A stretch of DNA of 63,548 nt, the filler included, from Conidiobolus incongruus B7586 (lineage: Eukaryota), in the NCBI GenBank assembly GCA_000697335.1. It is 8 parts of 8 records of this genome, joined end to end, with 100 filler letters (N's around TTAATTAATTAA, not from the genome) between each part and the next. Parts side by side here need not be neighbours in the genome. Positions count along the whole stretch, not along the records: positions 37,171 to 45,853 come from JNEM01000120.1; positions 45,954 to 54,657 come from JNEM01000121.1; positions 54,758 to 57,119 come from JNEM01000123.1; 5 more parts are not named here. One strand, written 5' to 3'. Positions 41,742-56,900 of this stretch are shown piece after piece. Both the position numbers and the translations under genes were made by a program. Below the pieces are notes generated by a model that was given only the letters and a program-made list of their open reading frames with translations, ran no database searches and was not told the DNA's origin. How positions within the stretch are numbered: the stretch's first letter is position 1; each line of letters opens with the position of its first letter.

Positions 41742-43394
41742 ATGGCTGTCTTTTCTCGCTTCCCTACTGTATTAAATGTAAGCATCATTACAATTACAAC
41801 CAACCACATCATCAATCCCACTAAGCATTTAGCTAATGATACTTTATTTTAGTCCTCCACTAACGTCACCAGAGCTTTCCTTCGTAACTCTCGTTTCTAC
41901 TCATCATCCTCTGCTGATGTAAGTATCAATTAATCTTTTATCAAATCTAGTGACGTGAACTTAAATTATTTCTTTTATTAGCCCCTTAAAGCTCGTATTG
42001 CTGCCCTCATCCCCGAAAAGCAAGCTTTATACAAAAAAGTCAAGTCTCAACATGGCTCTAAGGTTTTAGGTGAAGTCACCGTCGATATGGTAATTGATCT
42101 TGATATATGATTAAAAATGTTTAATATTTAAACGTCTGATTTAGGTCTATGGTGGTATGCGTGGTATCAAAGGTTTAGTTTGGGAAGGTTCCGTTTTAGA
42201 TGCTGAAGAAGTAATTTATTTATCTCTCATTTTATGAATTTCAATAACTTATATGTAATCAAATAGGGTATCCGTTTCCAAGGTTATACCATTCCTGAAT
42301 GCCAAAAACTCTTACCCTCTGCTGAAGGTGGTGAAGAACCCCTTCCTGAAGGTTTATTCTGGTTATTAGTCACTGGTGAAATCCCCACCGCTGAACAAGT
42401 CAAGTTCTTGTCTCAAGAATGGGCTAAGCGTGCTGAACTCCCCAAATTCGTTGAAGAATTACTTGACAATCTCCCCCGCACTCTCCACCCTATGTCTCAA
42501 CTCTCTATCGCCATTAACGCTCTTCAACACGACTCCAAGTTCGCTAAGGCTTACCAAGAAGGTATCCCCAAGAACGAATACTGGGATTACACTTATGAAG
42601 ATTCTATGGACTTGATTGCCAAGCTTCCCAATGTTGCTGGTCGTATCTACCAAAATGTCTTCAAGGATGGTAAGGTTCCCGCTATTGATCCCAATGCTGA
42701 TTACGGTCATAACTTGGCTAAGGTCCTTGGTTTCGACAACAAGAAGGACTTCATTGAATTGATGAGATTATACTTGACCATCCACTCTGATCACGAAGGT
42801 GGTAACGTCTCTGCTCACACTACTCACTTGGTCGGTTCCGCTCTCTCTGATCCTTATCTCTCCTTAGCCGCTGGTCTCAACGGTTTGGCTGGTCCTCTTC
42901 ACGGTCTTGCTAATCAAGAAGTCCTCCGCTTCATCATGAAGATGCGTGATGCCATTGGTACCGACGTCAGTGACGAAACTGTCAAGGACTACGTCTGGTC
43001 CCTTCTCAATTCCAAGCAAGTCGTTCCCGGTTACGGTCACGCCGTCCTCCGTAAGACTGATCCTCGTTACACTTGCCAACGTGAATTCGCTCTCAAACAC
43101 CTTCCCACTGATCCTATGTTCAAGCTTGTCAGCCAACTTTACAACATTGTCCCTGGTGTCTTGACTGAACACGGTAAGACCAAGAATCCTTGGCCCAATG
43201 TTGATGCTCACTCCGGTGTCCTCCTCCAACACTACGGTCTCGTCGAACAAGACTTCTACACCGTCCTCTTTGGTGTTTCCCGTGGTCTTGGTGTCTTGGC
43301 CCAACTCATCTGGGATCGTGCCCTCGGTATGCCTTTGGAACGCCCCAAGAGTTTGAGCACCCAACACATTTTGAAGTTAGTCGAAAAGCAGTAA
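41742..43394 (+). CDS. CIT1: Mitochondrial citrate synthase
   Basis: Presequence [12 protein letters not shown]..., four 5' introns, [65 protein letters not shown]. Strong high-expression codon bias. Confidence 0.98.
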
Positions 43395-46300
43395 ATAGAG
43401 AGTAAGATTACAGTACAAAATCAATCATAGTAAGTGTAGAGATATAATATAAAAACATTATGTTGGTCAACTTTGAATAAAGAATTCTAGATGATTCCAT
43501 TCAAGCCAGTAATCTCTGTTAATTGTTCATATACATTATATTATGCGTCATTCATAAAACTTATATTTTTAAAAAATATATAACTATCTTAAAGTATATT
43601 ACAATAACAGGTGAAAATAATATATGGTGTAATTCTTTTCACATATTATTACCCTTAACAATATTAATATTGTTATCAATTAATCCTAATTTAATAAATA
43701 ATGGACAACGAAATCTTTTAATTTTAATGGATAATAGTTAATCCTTAACATTAATGATTATTATTTTAATACATATTGGGAATTATTAATTTCAAATTAA
43801 ATAGCATTTTGAAATATAATATGTTATGACACTTAATGATATAATAAAAATTCAATTATGATCATCAAGTGATATAAATACTCAAATGTTTAGCCATTTT
43901 TAACAGTGTAATATAAAAATCATTATAAAAAATGACTCATGATTTCTCAATATATACCTTATTCTAATCAGATCTTTTTTATATTCATATTCAATATCAA
44001 AATAAATTATATATATTTCAATTTTATTATTAATTACTAAAATATTAGTTAGGTTGATTAATTAATATTTTCTATATTTCATATTAAATGCTTCTGATTA
44101 ATTTTGAAAAAAATTGTTACACAATTAACTTTGATAAACAAATAAATTTAATATGTATCAGATTATCATATTAAGGTTATATTGTTATTTTAAGTGTTTT
44201 TTTCAAATTTTGAAATTTGATATTTTTCAATTATTGTATGAAAATAAAAATTCCTACATATTATAATATGAAAAGCATTATGTTTTTAATTATACAAGTT
44301 TATCGCTCTAGGTGTATTATTTTATTCACATGGTACTAATTCGAATAAATACATATTTTTGAATATAGTCATACTGAAATTTACATTTTACCTTATTTTG
44401 AAATAACAATATTGATGAAAAATTATGAAAAAAGAAATATATTATGCGAAAATATTAATATACATCGACAATTACTCTTTATTTAATAGCCTAATTCTTT
44501 TGGATTCATTATATATCATAAATAATTTAATTATGTCAATTTTCCATATAATTATTTTGAAAATTATTAGTTAAGAAAAAATAGCAAATTTTTTAGTTTC
44601 TGTTATTCAAAAATATAGTTTAAAAAATAAATTATTTATAAAATAATGGAATTTATATTTTTAATAATTTTTTGATTAATATATTGATTTTTAAAAATTT
44701 ACTGATATTTTAATTATGTTTAAATTAAATAATTATTATCAAATGTTTGTTATTTTAATATTATTAAAGTTAAATCATAAACCATTTAAAATGATTCAAA
44801 AATTTTCAACAGCTAATAGATATTATGTTTTATTGAAAACTCCCATTTTTTATTATTTTTGTTATTTTAAAACCAAAAAGGATTTTACTCAATATTTTTC
44901 AATATTAAAAATTAATCTCTATTTTTACATCTAATAAATAAAAATTATATTAAAAAATCCTTTTTTATTTTATTTAAACAGTTATTAAAAATATTTATTA
45001 TTAAATATATAAGTATATTATATATTAATTTTCATCTTGATATAATTGATAAAAATATAAAATCAATATTTTATAATTCAAAAATATCAAAAACTATAGT
45101 AATTAAAACTAAACACAAGGTATTAAGATATAACTTAAATTAAAACTATTATATTGGATCAATATTATTATTAAAATTAAGTTTCTTTTATATAATCCAT
45201 TTTTTAAATTTAAATATAAATTATTAAAAATATTGCCAATTATTTAAATTATTACAATTTAATTAAATAGTGTTTATATATCCCATAACCACTAAGTTAT
45301 TTATTATTACTTAATTATACTTTAGAAAACCTCAGAATATGTTGGTGATATTGCCAACAAGAATTTAGTGTTATTATAAACTTTAATTTCCTAATCCCAT
45401 AAATATTACATTAATTTCACCTTTTAATTAAAAATTGACGATTAAATAAAAAGGGGCTTGTTCCTATAATAAGTAAAGGAAACATACTAAAAAGGCTATT
45501 TTTATTTATTTCTTTATTTGTTTTTTTATAATATAATTTTGCCATCAGGAAATATAATTAATATAATAAACAAAATTATTTAGTTTTCAAAATTCATAAA
45601 TCACTATTATTGAAATAAATAAAAATTAAAATATAGATTTAGATTTTTAAATTTTTATTTATATATATATATATATCCTGACCTTAGAAAAAACCACAAA
45701 TATTAATATTTTAATTATATTGATTTTATCATAAAGTATAATTGCTTTTTTAAATTTTTAAAGTCAAAATAATTGATATTATATTATATATTTTATAATA
45801 AAATTATTATTTAACCAGATTAATATAAAATATATAAAATTATATATATATAANNNNNNNNNNNNNNNNNNNNNNNNNNNNNNNNNNNNNNNNNNNNTTA
45901 ATTAATTAANNNNNNNNNNNNNNNNNNNNNNNNNNNNNNNNNNNNNNNNNNNNAAAAAAATTGGAAATAATTTTATTAAGTCTATATATATTTTATATTG
46001 GTTAAATATTATAATTACATAGTCTATAATATTTGAATTTATTGAATTTTGAATATATTGAAGTATAAATTTAAATATTATTTGAAATATATTTAATATT
46101 GCAATATTTGAAACTTATGATAATATTAAAATATTATTCAAGTATTTGTGATATAAATGATAGTTTATCTAGGACTTTTTCAAATATTGATAGGTATGCT
46201 CAAAACCAGTTGAAATTCTAGGAACAGTAAATTTTATAGAATAAATTATATATCTCAAAAAAGTTAATTATATAATATAACCTTTTATAAAGCAATTGTT

Positions 46301-46811
46301 GAATAATAAAATTTATCAACTAAATAAATATTATTTTTAGCTAAAAGCAAAATACTACTTATTTATATGGACTTTCCAAGTTTATAAGTAAACAGAATAA
46401 TATTCAAGGACTTAATATAAGAATATTAAGTATTCTGATTAAGTTTTTATATTGATATACAATATATATATATATATATTTCAATTCTATCAAAATAATT
46501 CAAAATTGTAAAATATAAATACATTTAAGTAAAATATCAATTTAATAATTTTTGAATAACTCTGTATGATTATCCTGTATTTCTAAAAGAATACAAAATA
46601 CCATTTATTTTCAATTTACCAATTCACTTATATATCCTCAAAAATTATTACAAGATTCATATTAATTTGATTTTGATTTTGATTTTTAAAAAAGGAAAGT
46701 GGCTGGTATAAAAACCCATAGCATCCTATCTGATTAGCACTATTCATCAAATAACAGTCAATTATTTTGATTATTAGTTAATTTCAACATCTTTCATTAC
46801 ATAATCATAAA

Positions 46812-48167
<1,356 letters not shown>

Positions 48168-48426
48168 AATAATGTGTTAATAGTTTAACATTTTTAGTTT
48201 AACCAATAAATTCATTTTTTATATTTAAAATATATTAGCATCTGATAAATGAATTATATGTTAACTAAAGTTCATCATTAATATAAGTTTGTTAATATTT
48301 TAATGATTCATTTCAGCCAATAATAGATCACAAATTTTGAGTTTAGTAAAAATTAAATTTTAATTTATTCAACTAATTAGATAATTAAAATATATATATG
48401 TATGTATATATATATATATAGTCAGG

Positions 48427-48456
48427 TTAAGATATTTATCATGATAAATATCTTAA
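48427..48456. repeat. Perfect 30-bp palindrome
   Basis: TTAAGATATTTATCATGATAAATATCTTAA equals its own reverse complement. It follows a TA-rich tract. Confidence 0.95.
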
Positions 48457-49249
48457 AAATACTAACAAGATTTTAGTGAAGTATTATATGCTAATAATGC
48501 TATCTTGAGTTGTATTATTTTACAAATCCTATTTAAAATGATCAATTGGAAAAAATAGATTAATAGAATATTATAATTTTTTGATATAACATACAATATG
48601 ATTAGTTGACCATTTGAATGAAATGGTTTTATTTTTTGATGAATTTTTCTAAAATTATCAATCTAGATATAAGACTAAATTTTTTCAAATATTATGGAAT
48701 AAATTTTGATAATAGTAAAACAAATTTAAAAGATGATTGTTTTATAAAGAGTAGATCCAATTTGAAAATATGCTTATCTATTGAACAATATAAAATTTGA
48801 ATTAGATTTTATTAAATTATTATAACTATTTTTTGAAAAATTATTATTTGATAATAAATGTTATGATATTACAATTCAATGATAAAACAAATTCAGGTTG
48901 AAATTTGGTGTGAATTGATTCAATACTCAAAGTCTTATAATCCAAAGTCTAATATAAGGAATATTGCATCTATGTTATATGAAATCAATTGATTTTTGTA
49001 TATGCTATGTCTAACATCATCCAAGTTTTGCTTCTTCATCTATTCTATTCATTGAGTATTCAATAATTTATTTTATTGATATATTAAAATTCGGGTTTAC
49101 GATTAGCTGAAATGAAGTTTAATATGAACAATTCATGGTAATTAATTGGTTCTTAGAGTAGTCATTGGGGTTATTATTAAGGAATTATATAAAAGCTCAA
49201 TGTATCGATTCACTAATAATAGGATTAAGCTTATAATAAAATGAATATG

Positions 49250-49271
49250 TTATTATTATTATTATTATTAC

Positions 49272-49307
<36 letters not shown>
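49250..49307. repeat. (TTA)n microsatellite
   Basis: About 19 TTA units with one CTA interruption. Confidence 0.95.
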
Positions 49308-49801
49308 GGTCTGTAGTCAAAATAAAGTTAAAAATTTGGAAATGTATTTGAAAATAAAATAAGATTATGTAAATCTAACGGTTTACGATAGTTGAAAGTT
49401 GATTAATTGTCATACCAGTTATTAATTAATAAACCAATTAATTAAATGATATTTTGATAATTCAATGAATAAAAATATTTTTAATATAATTTTATTAAAA
49501 ATATCAAATATAAACTCATTTGAATACTTACTTGATAATATTGGTGATTAATATGGAATGTAAATTAAAGTACTGGTGCTTTGATATATAAAAAGACGTG
49601 GTAAACAATTTACTGGATATAATTTAAGTGTTCCAAAATATTGTGATTAATTATAACGAGTAAAATAATAAAACATTTCCATAGAATAAATTAATTATTA
49701 AGAATAATCAGAATAATTTAAATATATTTTAGTCTGATGATATATCTTAGCATCAATTAATACACATAAAATGAGATATTTTTCATATATCAGGTTAGTG
49801 C

Positions 49802-50552
49802 TTAAAACTTGGGGATTCTTAGTGAACGACTAATCATAGCAGAACCACTGATGAAATAAATGAGCACAATTGGATGAAAATGGATGAAAGAGAATTTGAA
49901 CTCTTTAAGTGGAAGATTAGAGCCAATCTGACCACTTTTGGCAAAATATGCCAAAATAACTACCAGGATAAGGGATGTAGGAATAGGCGTTCCTTCGAAA
50001 TATTGAACTTTGCCATTGCCATCCTTGGGTAAATTGGCAACCGTGGCATTATAACGAGCCAACCTAGCAAGGCCACAAGATACAAAGTAAATCAGTACAG
50101 TTTTATCCAACCAGGTATTTAAACCCAAGCAAAAACCCAAACAAGCAGGAGCCAAACCAAATGAGATCTAATAATAAATATTCAGATCACTACTATAAAT
50201 AATTGATAATGCTTACCAAATCAGCCAAACTGTCCAATTCTTGTCCAAGCAAAGAGCTTTCATTTCTCCAACGAGCAACTCTTCCATCTAATACATCGAA
50301 AAACACACCAATAGGAATTAGGGTAAAAGCTAGCCATAGGTGGAAATCATCGTGAGTTGCTTGATAATGCAAAAGTGAAAGAATGGAACCAATTCCACAA
50401 CCACCATTGGTTAAGGTCAAAAAGTCGGCAACATAGAAATTTCTAACCATAGAAAAGTGTCCAGGATGGGTATTTGAATAATTTGCATTGGTCTGTCCGT
50501 TAGTTTTATTTATTATAGATTCATTTTCTATGCCAGATCTTTGTCTTAACAT
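49802..50552 (-). CDS. CHO1: CDP-diacylglycerol--serine O-phosphatidyltransferase (PS synthase)
   Basis: HFSMVRNFYVADFLTLTNG and CDP-alcohol motif DVLDGRVARWRNESSLLGQELDSLADL, intron 50216..50168, then ISFGLAPA...CGLARLARYN...YFEGTPIPT. Confidence 0.96.
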
Positions 50553-53500
50553 TTGAATTAATTATACCAGTCGATAACTTATATTTAGTGAATATTAATA
50601 TTTTTTTAGAATTATATTGATAAATTAATTCAATTTAATTGAAAATTATTCTATATTAAATATTATCAAAATTATTCAACCATTATGGGTATTTTTATTA
50701 CAAAACCCTCTCTCTTTATCTAACTGATATGATTGGCTGCTTATTAAATCTCATAAAATTTTATCTAATCAAATTCAAATTTTTTATATTTTAAAATGAT
50801 GTCATAGCTTATTTCTACATTGTCATAATTAATTTCATATATCTAATGGCTGAATAGAGCTGAATTTGTCCAATCATCCTATCTCAAACCTTATTATTAT
50901 TTTTTACATATGATTTTATCATTAAAGATAAACACTTTTCATTATGTATACAAATTCCATTAATATCTTATCTAATCTAGTTACCTTTAAAGTATATTCA
51001 ATAAATATTAAAATCTTATTTAAAATAATATATGTTTCTAATATTTATTATAATTGAAATTATCTTTCAATTATATTTATATTAAAATTAATTAGATTAA
51101 TTGATATTTTTTAGTATATTTGTTTTTCAAATTTAAATAATTAATATTTTAAAGAAATATATCTAAATTGATTTTTGAATTAAGTCAATTTTTATAGATG
51201 ATTAGTATACATCAGTTAATGCTATTATACCATACCATAGCTTTAGAGTATCTATAAATAAAATTATAACACACTGTTTAGCACTGGCACTCAATCAATT
51301 CTCATTAACAGTCACCAATCGCAAATACTAAATAAATAGTATCACTTTTATTCTATTATATGTTATTAGATTGAATATAAATGCGTTTTATAAAAATATT
51401 TTTCAGACTTTTAAATCAACATTATTTATTTTTCTAATGCAGAATGCCATTCAATCCAAATATATATATATATGTATATATACCAATATCAGGTTAAGAG
51501 TTAACCATCCTATCTTATTTAACAACATAATAATTTCTAAAAATATTATTTTAAATTTATGCCAAATAATATGTCCTACAATAATATAATAGATAAGTTT
51601 GTATTATCAAAATTCACAATAATTATCAATTGAAAAAACTTAATATGAAAAATATATTATTTTAGCAAGAATATAACATTTAAAATAAAGCAATGGTTTT
51701 ATATCAAAACGAGGTAGTTATTTAATAACACACATAACAGATTAAATAAACCTGGATAAAGCATATGGGGGGACAAAGTTAATTAATAGCCTATAATTTC
51801 ATTATAATAATTATATAATTGGTAAAAACAAATACAATAGAGTTCGATATACCCATATTATTATTATTATTTTTGAATATACATTATTATCTTATATTGC
51901 TGAAAAAATTTTTGTTTAAAAATATTAATATATATTATTGAAATATTAACTGTATCATAAACAGTCAGAGTAGAAATATGAATATCGAAAAAAGCTATAT
52001 TATTTCGAGTTTTGAATAGTAAAAGAGATATATTAATAATTAGCAAGTTTTATACATATAATCTATATTATATAATTTTACAAAATGTCGTAATGATAGA
52101 ATAAAAGCTAATTTATTATATATATAAACAATATAAAAAGGCTGAATTAAACTTGGTCATCTAACTATAGCAATTTTTTAGTTGATTTCTTTTTATAAAA
52201 AAGTATATTTTATAATTATTAAAATATAGAAAAAATTTTGATGCATCTTATTTTATTTAATAAATATAAATATATATTAACATTAATTTAGAGTAAAAAT
52301 CATACAATAGCTCAAAAATTCAATATTAACATCTAAATTTATTATATTATATAAAATTATGAAATATTATTTTAGTTATTTGCCAAATATTTACCAATGT
52401 GAGTTTCATTAGTTTTGACTCTTATAAAGTTATATTTTATGGAGAATAACTTCAATAACTTTGAGGAAATATATTTTAACTAATAAGATCAAATATACCA
52501 CCTTAATTAATAAAACATATTTAATAAATTATGCAAGCAACGTAATATATGATAATATTAACTATAAAATATAATACACTATAATATCCTTTTGTTCCTT
52601 TTAATCTGTATTAGCAGTTTGTTAATATGATTAACTTTGTAAAATTGGTTAGTTTTATTTTCAGACCTTTTAAAATAAAAATGTTGCTACCTTAATCATT
52701 AAATATATTGATAATTTACTTTAAAATTGCAAAAGAGGGCTTAAAGGTAAATAAAAGAAATGGGATAATCCTAGTCTAACATGGGACAGCTTTAATAAGT
52801 ATTAAAGCTAATAACTAGTAATCAATATCAGAATAAACTGTAATTGAGAGGAATGGCCTCAAATTCCAAAGAAAAAATTGATTAATGAAATTCATATATA
52901 ATTACAAAATATAAATAAAATGTGATAAAGAAAATATGTCCCAATAAAGTTAACTATTAAATGAAGATTGTTAAAAATATTAAATATTGTCAATTGAGAG
53001 GTATAATTAATCAATTTATTCCTTTAATGAAAAATTAGTGCTTTATAATATATTCAAGAAAATAGCTCGTACTAGTAAAAAAGCAAATCCAATTTTCTAG
53101 GTGATATGAAATAATTTTATAAGCTTTATTTCAATTGCTATATAAATTAGGACATTTATTAATACATATATAAATTGTTGAATAATAAATATATATGATA
53201 TTCTATAATGAAGACTGAGATCTTGTCTTATATTAAATTCCAAATCTGATCTTTTTAATTTGCATTTGTATATATGAAGACTATTATTCATGTGTTAGTA
53301 AAAATTTATAAATTGGATATGAAAAATTACTAATTATATTTCGAAAGATTTTAATATAATTTAGAAAAAAAATTAATAGTATCAATATATATAATATGAC
53401 TGGAATTGAATTTTGCAAGCTCAAATGTTAAAGTGGATAATGTTTGAATTAGAATCAACTATTATGCTGAATATATTGGTAAAAAAAGATTCAAAAATAA

Positions 53501-54207
53501 AACAAACATAAAATTTAAAAAAATTAATTATTATTCAAATTTATTTTGATATTAAATATTTTTCCATATGAAAGTACTATCTAATTAAGAATATATGTGG
53601 ATTAATCATCAGTACACATGATGTAATTCATATTTGTAAATTTCAGGAATTTAGATATGATACATTAAATTGTTGTTGCATACATTTATAATTATTTTAG
53701 TTATTATAGTTGGACATAAATAAATGTTTAATATTAGTATATAAAAATGTTATAATAATAATAATATTTATTTTGAACAAAATATTTTATATAAATATAT
53801 TTAAACAGTTGATTTTCAAATTAAAAAGGAGGTAAATACTGTATGTTCGATAAATTATCAAATTAAATCTAACTAATAACTCAACCTATAAAATGAAAAT
53901 AATTAAATTGATTGAAATCTGATGTGATTTTGTAAAATTTATTGATTGTAACAAGCAATATAACTAGAAATGTTTAAGTCTAAATTATATTAATGAGATA
54001 TATTATTGATGATGAAATGAGTCTGAAGAATTTCCGCGATTATCCGATATTTGTATGATTAATTCGATCTTAGTGAAATTTCTCAGTAATTTATTAGATC
54101 CAAATATCATTTTAATCACAAATATATAGGAAATTAATTTTAATCATTGAAGTATCTAATCTTCATCCTAATTAAATATAGAATAATTTAGCAGTGTTAC
54201 AATATTA

Positions 54208-54657
54208 ATGTCTTTTATATTAAGCAAACCTATTCCTCGTATACCTTTAAATTTTAGATCATATGTATCAAGATCATCCTTGATCAATAACAAGAACAGA
54301 TACTTTCATAGTAATTCTTCCAAATTAGCTTGGTCTGAAGCAGTGAAAAAGGCTGAATCCTTAGTGAACCCTACCTCAAAGCCTTTAATTGATTTCAGGC
54401 AAATCGTTCAAGATGATCTCTCCTTATTAAATCATAATATCAAAGAAATTCTATCTTCGGGTCATCCTGTATTAAACACTATCTCACAGTATCACTTTAA
54501 CGTTGGAGGTAAACATATTCGTCCTATCATAGTATTGCTACTCTCTCAAGCTACTAGCATTGCTCCCAAGAAAATTGAAGATCCTAGCTTGGTTGATATT
54601 GATCAGCCTATTGATCAAAATTTCACTTTGAACGGATCAAGATGGAAAGATGATTAT
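54208..54657 (+). CDS. COQ1: Mitochondrial trans-polyprenyl diphosphate synthase, 5' part (cut by gap)
   Basis: Presequence, then WSEAVKKAESLV and LSSGHPVLNTISQYHFNVGGKHIRPIIVLLLSQA, as in fungal Coq1. Confidence 0.88.
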
Positions 54658-54757
54658 NNNNNNNNNNNNNNNNNNNNNNNNNNNNNNNNNNNNNNNNNNN
54701 NTTAATTAATTAANNNNNNNNNNNNNNNNNNNNNNNNNNNNNNNNNNNNNNNNNNNN

Positions 54758-56900
54758 GGAAAAAGATAGTAACTTTCAAAATTAAGAGTTAAATTATATA
54801 ATTTTATAAAATACAATAATTTATGGAATTTTATAATAAATAAAGATATTATAATAGTTGTGTAATATATTTAATTATAAAAGTTTTGAAATAAAATATA
54901 TAATAAACATATTTAAAGAATAAATTAATTATAATTAATAAACTATTATAACTATTTGTTGATTTAAAAATTTCCTTAAAATTAAGTTAGATTTATTATT
55001 AAATTCTATTAAAGACTCATAAAGAAATAAGTTTACTATATTTTAGTTAGGTATTATATTTAATTTTTTGGTATATATCACAGGTATTAATGTATTTATA
55101 TATTAATTTAATTAAAAAGAGCTAATAATACTTTATTTTAATTCTCTTAGTAATTTTTAACTAGTTTTAATGTATTTTAACAAGTAAATTATAGTATTAA
55201 TTAAATATTATATGTTAAATCTTAAGTATATTAAGGATATATAAATAATTATTATAATATAGTAAGTTATCAATAAATTTAAATTTTTTGATATATTTTA
55301 ATTAGTTTTCTAATAGTTTAAAAAGTTTTTCCTTAATTAAAATAAAGAAATTATCATTTAATATTATTTCTTGAAATAATTTAATAAATTTTTTATTTTT
55401 TTTATTAATGATTATTAAGTTAATATCTGCTAGGTTTTTAAAATTAAAATAAAAGATAAGTATATAAGATTTTTTAATAAAGTATCTAGAATATAATTTT
55501 ATTAACTTGGTAAATATTAAATAAAAAAAGATATGCTTAAATTATTTTAATTTATTTAACTTATCTTCTTAATCAATGTTTTTAAGTATTTAAGTAAATA
55601 AGTAATTTATAATCTATAAGTATTAAGAAAAAGTTGCAAAAATAAAAAATATAAGTGATTTTTAATTATTTTTATTAAAACAAAAAGTATTTATTTATAA
55701 ATTAGGTATTTTAATTCAGCTGGTTTTATTTTCCTTGACTAAAATATTATTAACTTTAAAATAATATTTAAAAGGTTAAACTCAATTTATTCTCCCTTAT
55801 TCATTATTTTATCCTATAATTAAAAAAAATATAAATTAAATTTAAATTAAATTAATTATCTACTAACTATAAAAAAATTAAAACCAATAAAAATAATGGT
55901 AAGTAATTTAAGATTAAAAATAAATAAAGCAAAAAAATTAATAGTATAGAAAATTAAAATATTTATACAAAAAATATATAATAGGGTTTATTTAAAAAAA
56001 GAGTTTTTTTTCAAAAGATTAGTTAAAATGGTTATAAGTTCAATAAAATAATCAATAAAATTTTTAAAATAATTTAATAATTTAAAATATAAGTGGATTT
56101 TTGTTTATAAATATAGTAAATGCTTTTATATTAATAAGTTTAATTCAATTAATACTAATTCCTTAAGAAAAAATTATATAACTATAAAAGAAAATAGAAA
56201 AAGCATTAAAAATATATTTTAATAGTTCTAAAAATAATTTACATTCTTGAATAATTTGTAAAGCTTAATTAATATATTAAATATATTTTTCTTTAGTATT
56301 TAAATAGATTAAAATATTATTAAAAATCAAGTTAAAAAAGGAATTAATAAATTAAGTTAAAGTTATAAAAATATTATATAAACTAAAGTTTATAATAGTA
56401 AATTTATAGTAGTTTAATAAAGTATTAAAAATAATTAAAAAAATAAAATTTTCTTTAACTTTAATATTATAGTAACTATTTTTAATATTTAATTTAATGA
56501 ATATAGTTGATTTAAGTAACCTATCCCTAATATCATATAGGTTTAATAATAAAGTTTTATCCTTGATAATTTTAAAATTTAAAACACAGTTATTAATGTA
56601 TAGTCTTTAACTACCATTAACCTTTTATATAAAAAGAATTAAAGATTTTTATAGTGAGGAAAAAAGTTTAATATTTTTTATTTTCAAATAAATTTTAGAT
56701 TTTATTTTTTAAAGTTTGATATTATTCAAGAGATGAATAGTAAGTAAACTTTAAATATAGTTGTATATTTAAGAGAAGTTTAATTATATATTTAATATTA
56801 TAATTAAAAGATAATATACTCATAAGTTTAAAAACATTAGCAAATTAACTTACTATATTATATAAAGAATAGTTACTAGTTATAACTTTATTAAAATTAA
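54758..56900 (-). mobile_element. Heavily mutated Ty3/Gypsy LTR-retrotransposon pol remnant (RT, RNase H, integrase)
   Basis: Minus-strand hand translation: ILFI*KVNGS*RLYINNCVLN (cf. ILFVKKxDGSWRLCIDYRALN, ~56640-56578); IFIKLNIKNSYYNI (FTKLDIKDGYHNI); INFSLYNIFIT (MxFGLCNAPAT); IFNNILIY (YxDDILIY); F*SRKIKPAELKYLIYK (RNase H, ~55745-55690); IDYKLLIYLNT*KH*LRR*VK* (TDHKSLxYLxTQKxLSRRQARW); DTLLK (DALSR); YINTCDIYQ (integrase zinc finger, ~55095-55069). Domain order RT-RH-IN is the Gypsy order. Confidence 0.9.

Noticed and set aside
42459..43367. Antisense and alternate-frame ORFs over citrate synthase
   Set aside because: Expected by-product of strong codon bias; no independent protein motifs.
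52760..52900. EEWPQIPKKKLIN resembling a Tc1 transposase C-terminus
   Set aside because: No recognisable SPDLNPIE motif upstream; too short to support.
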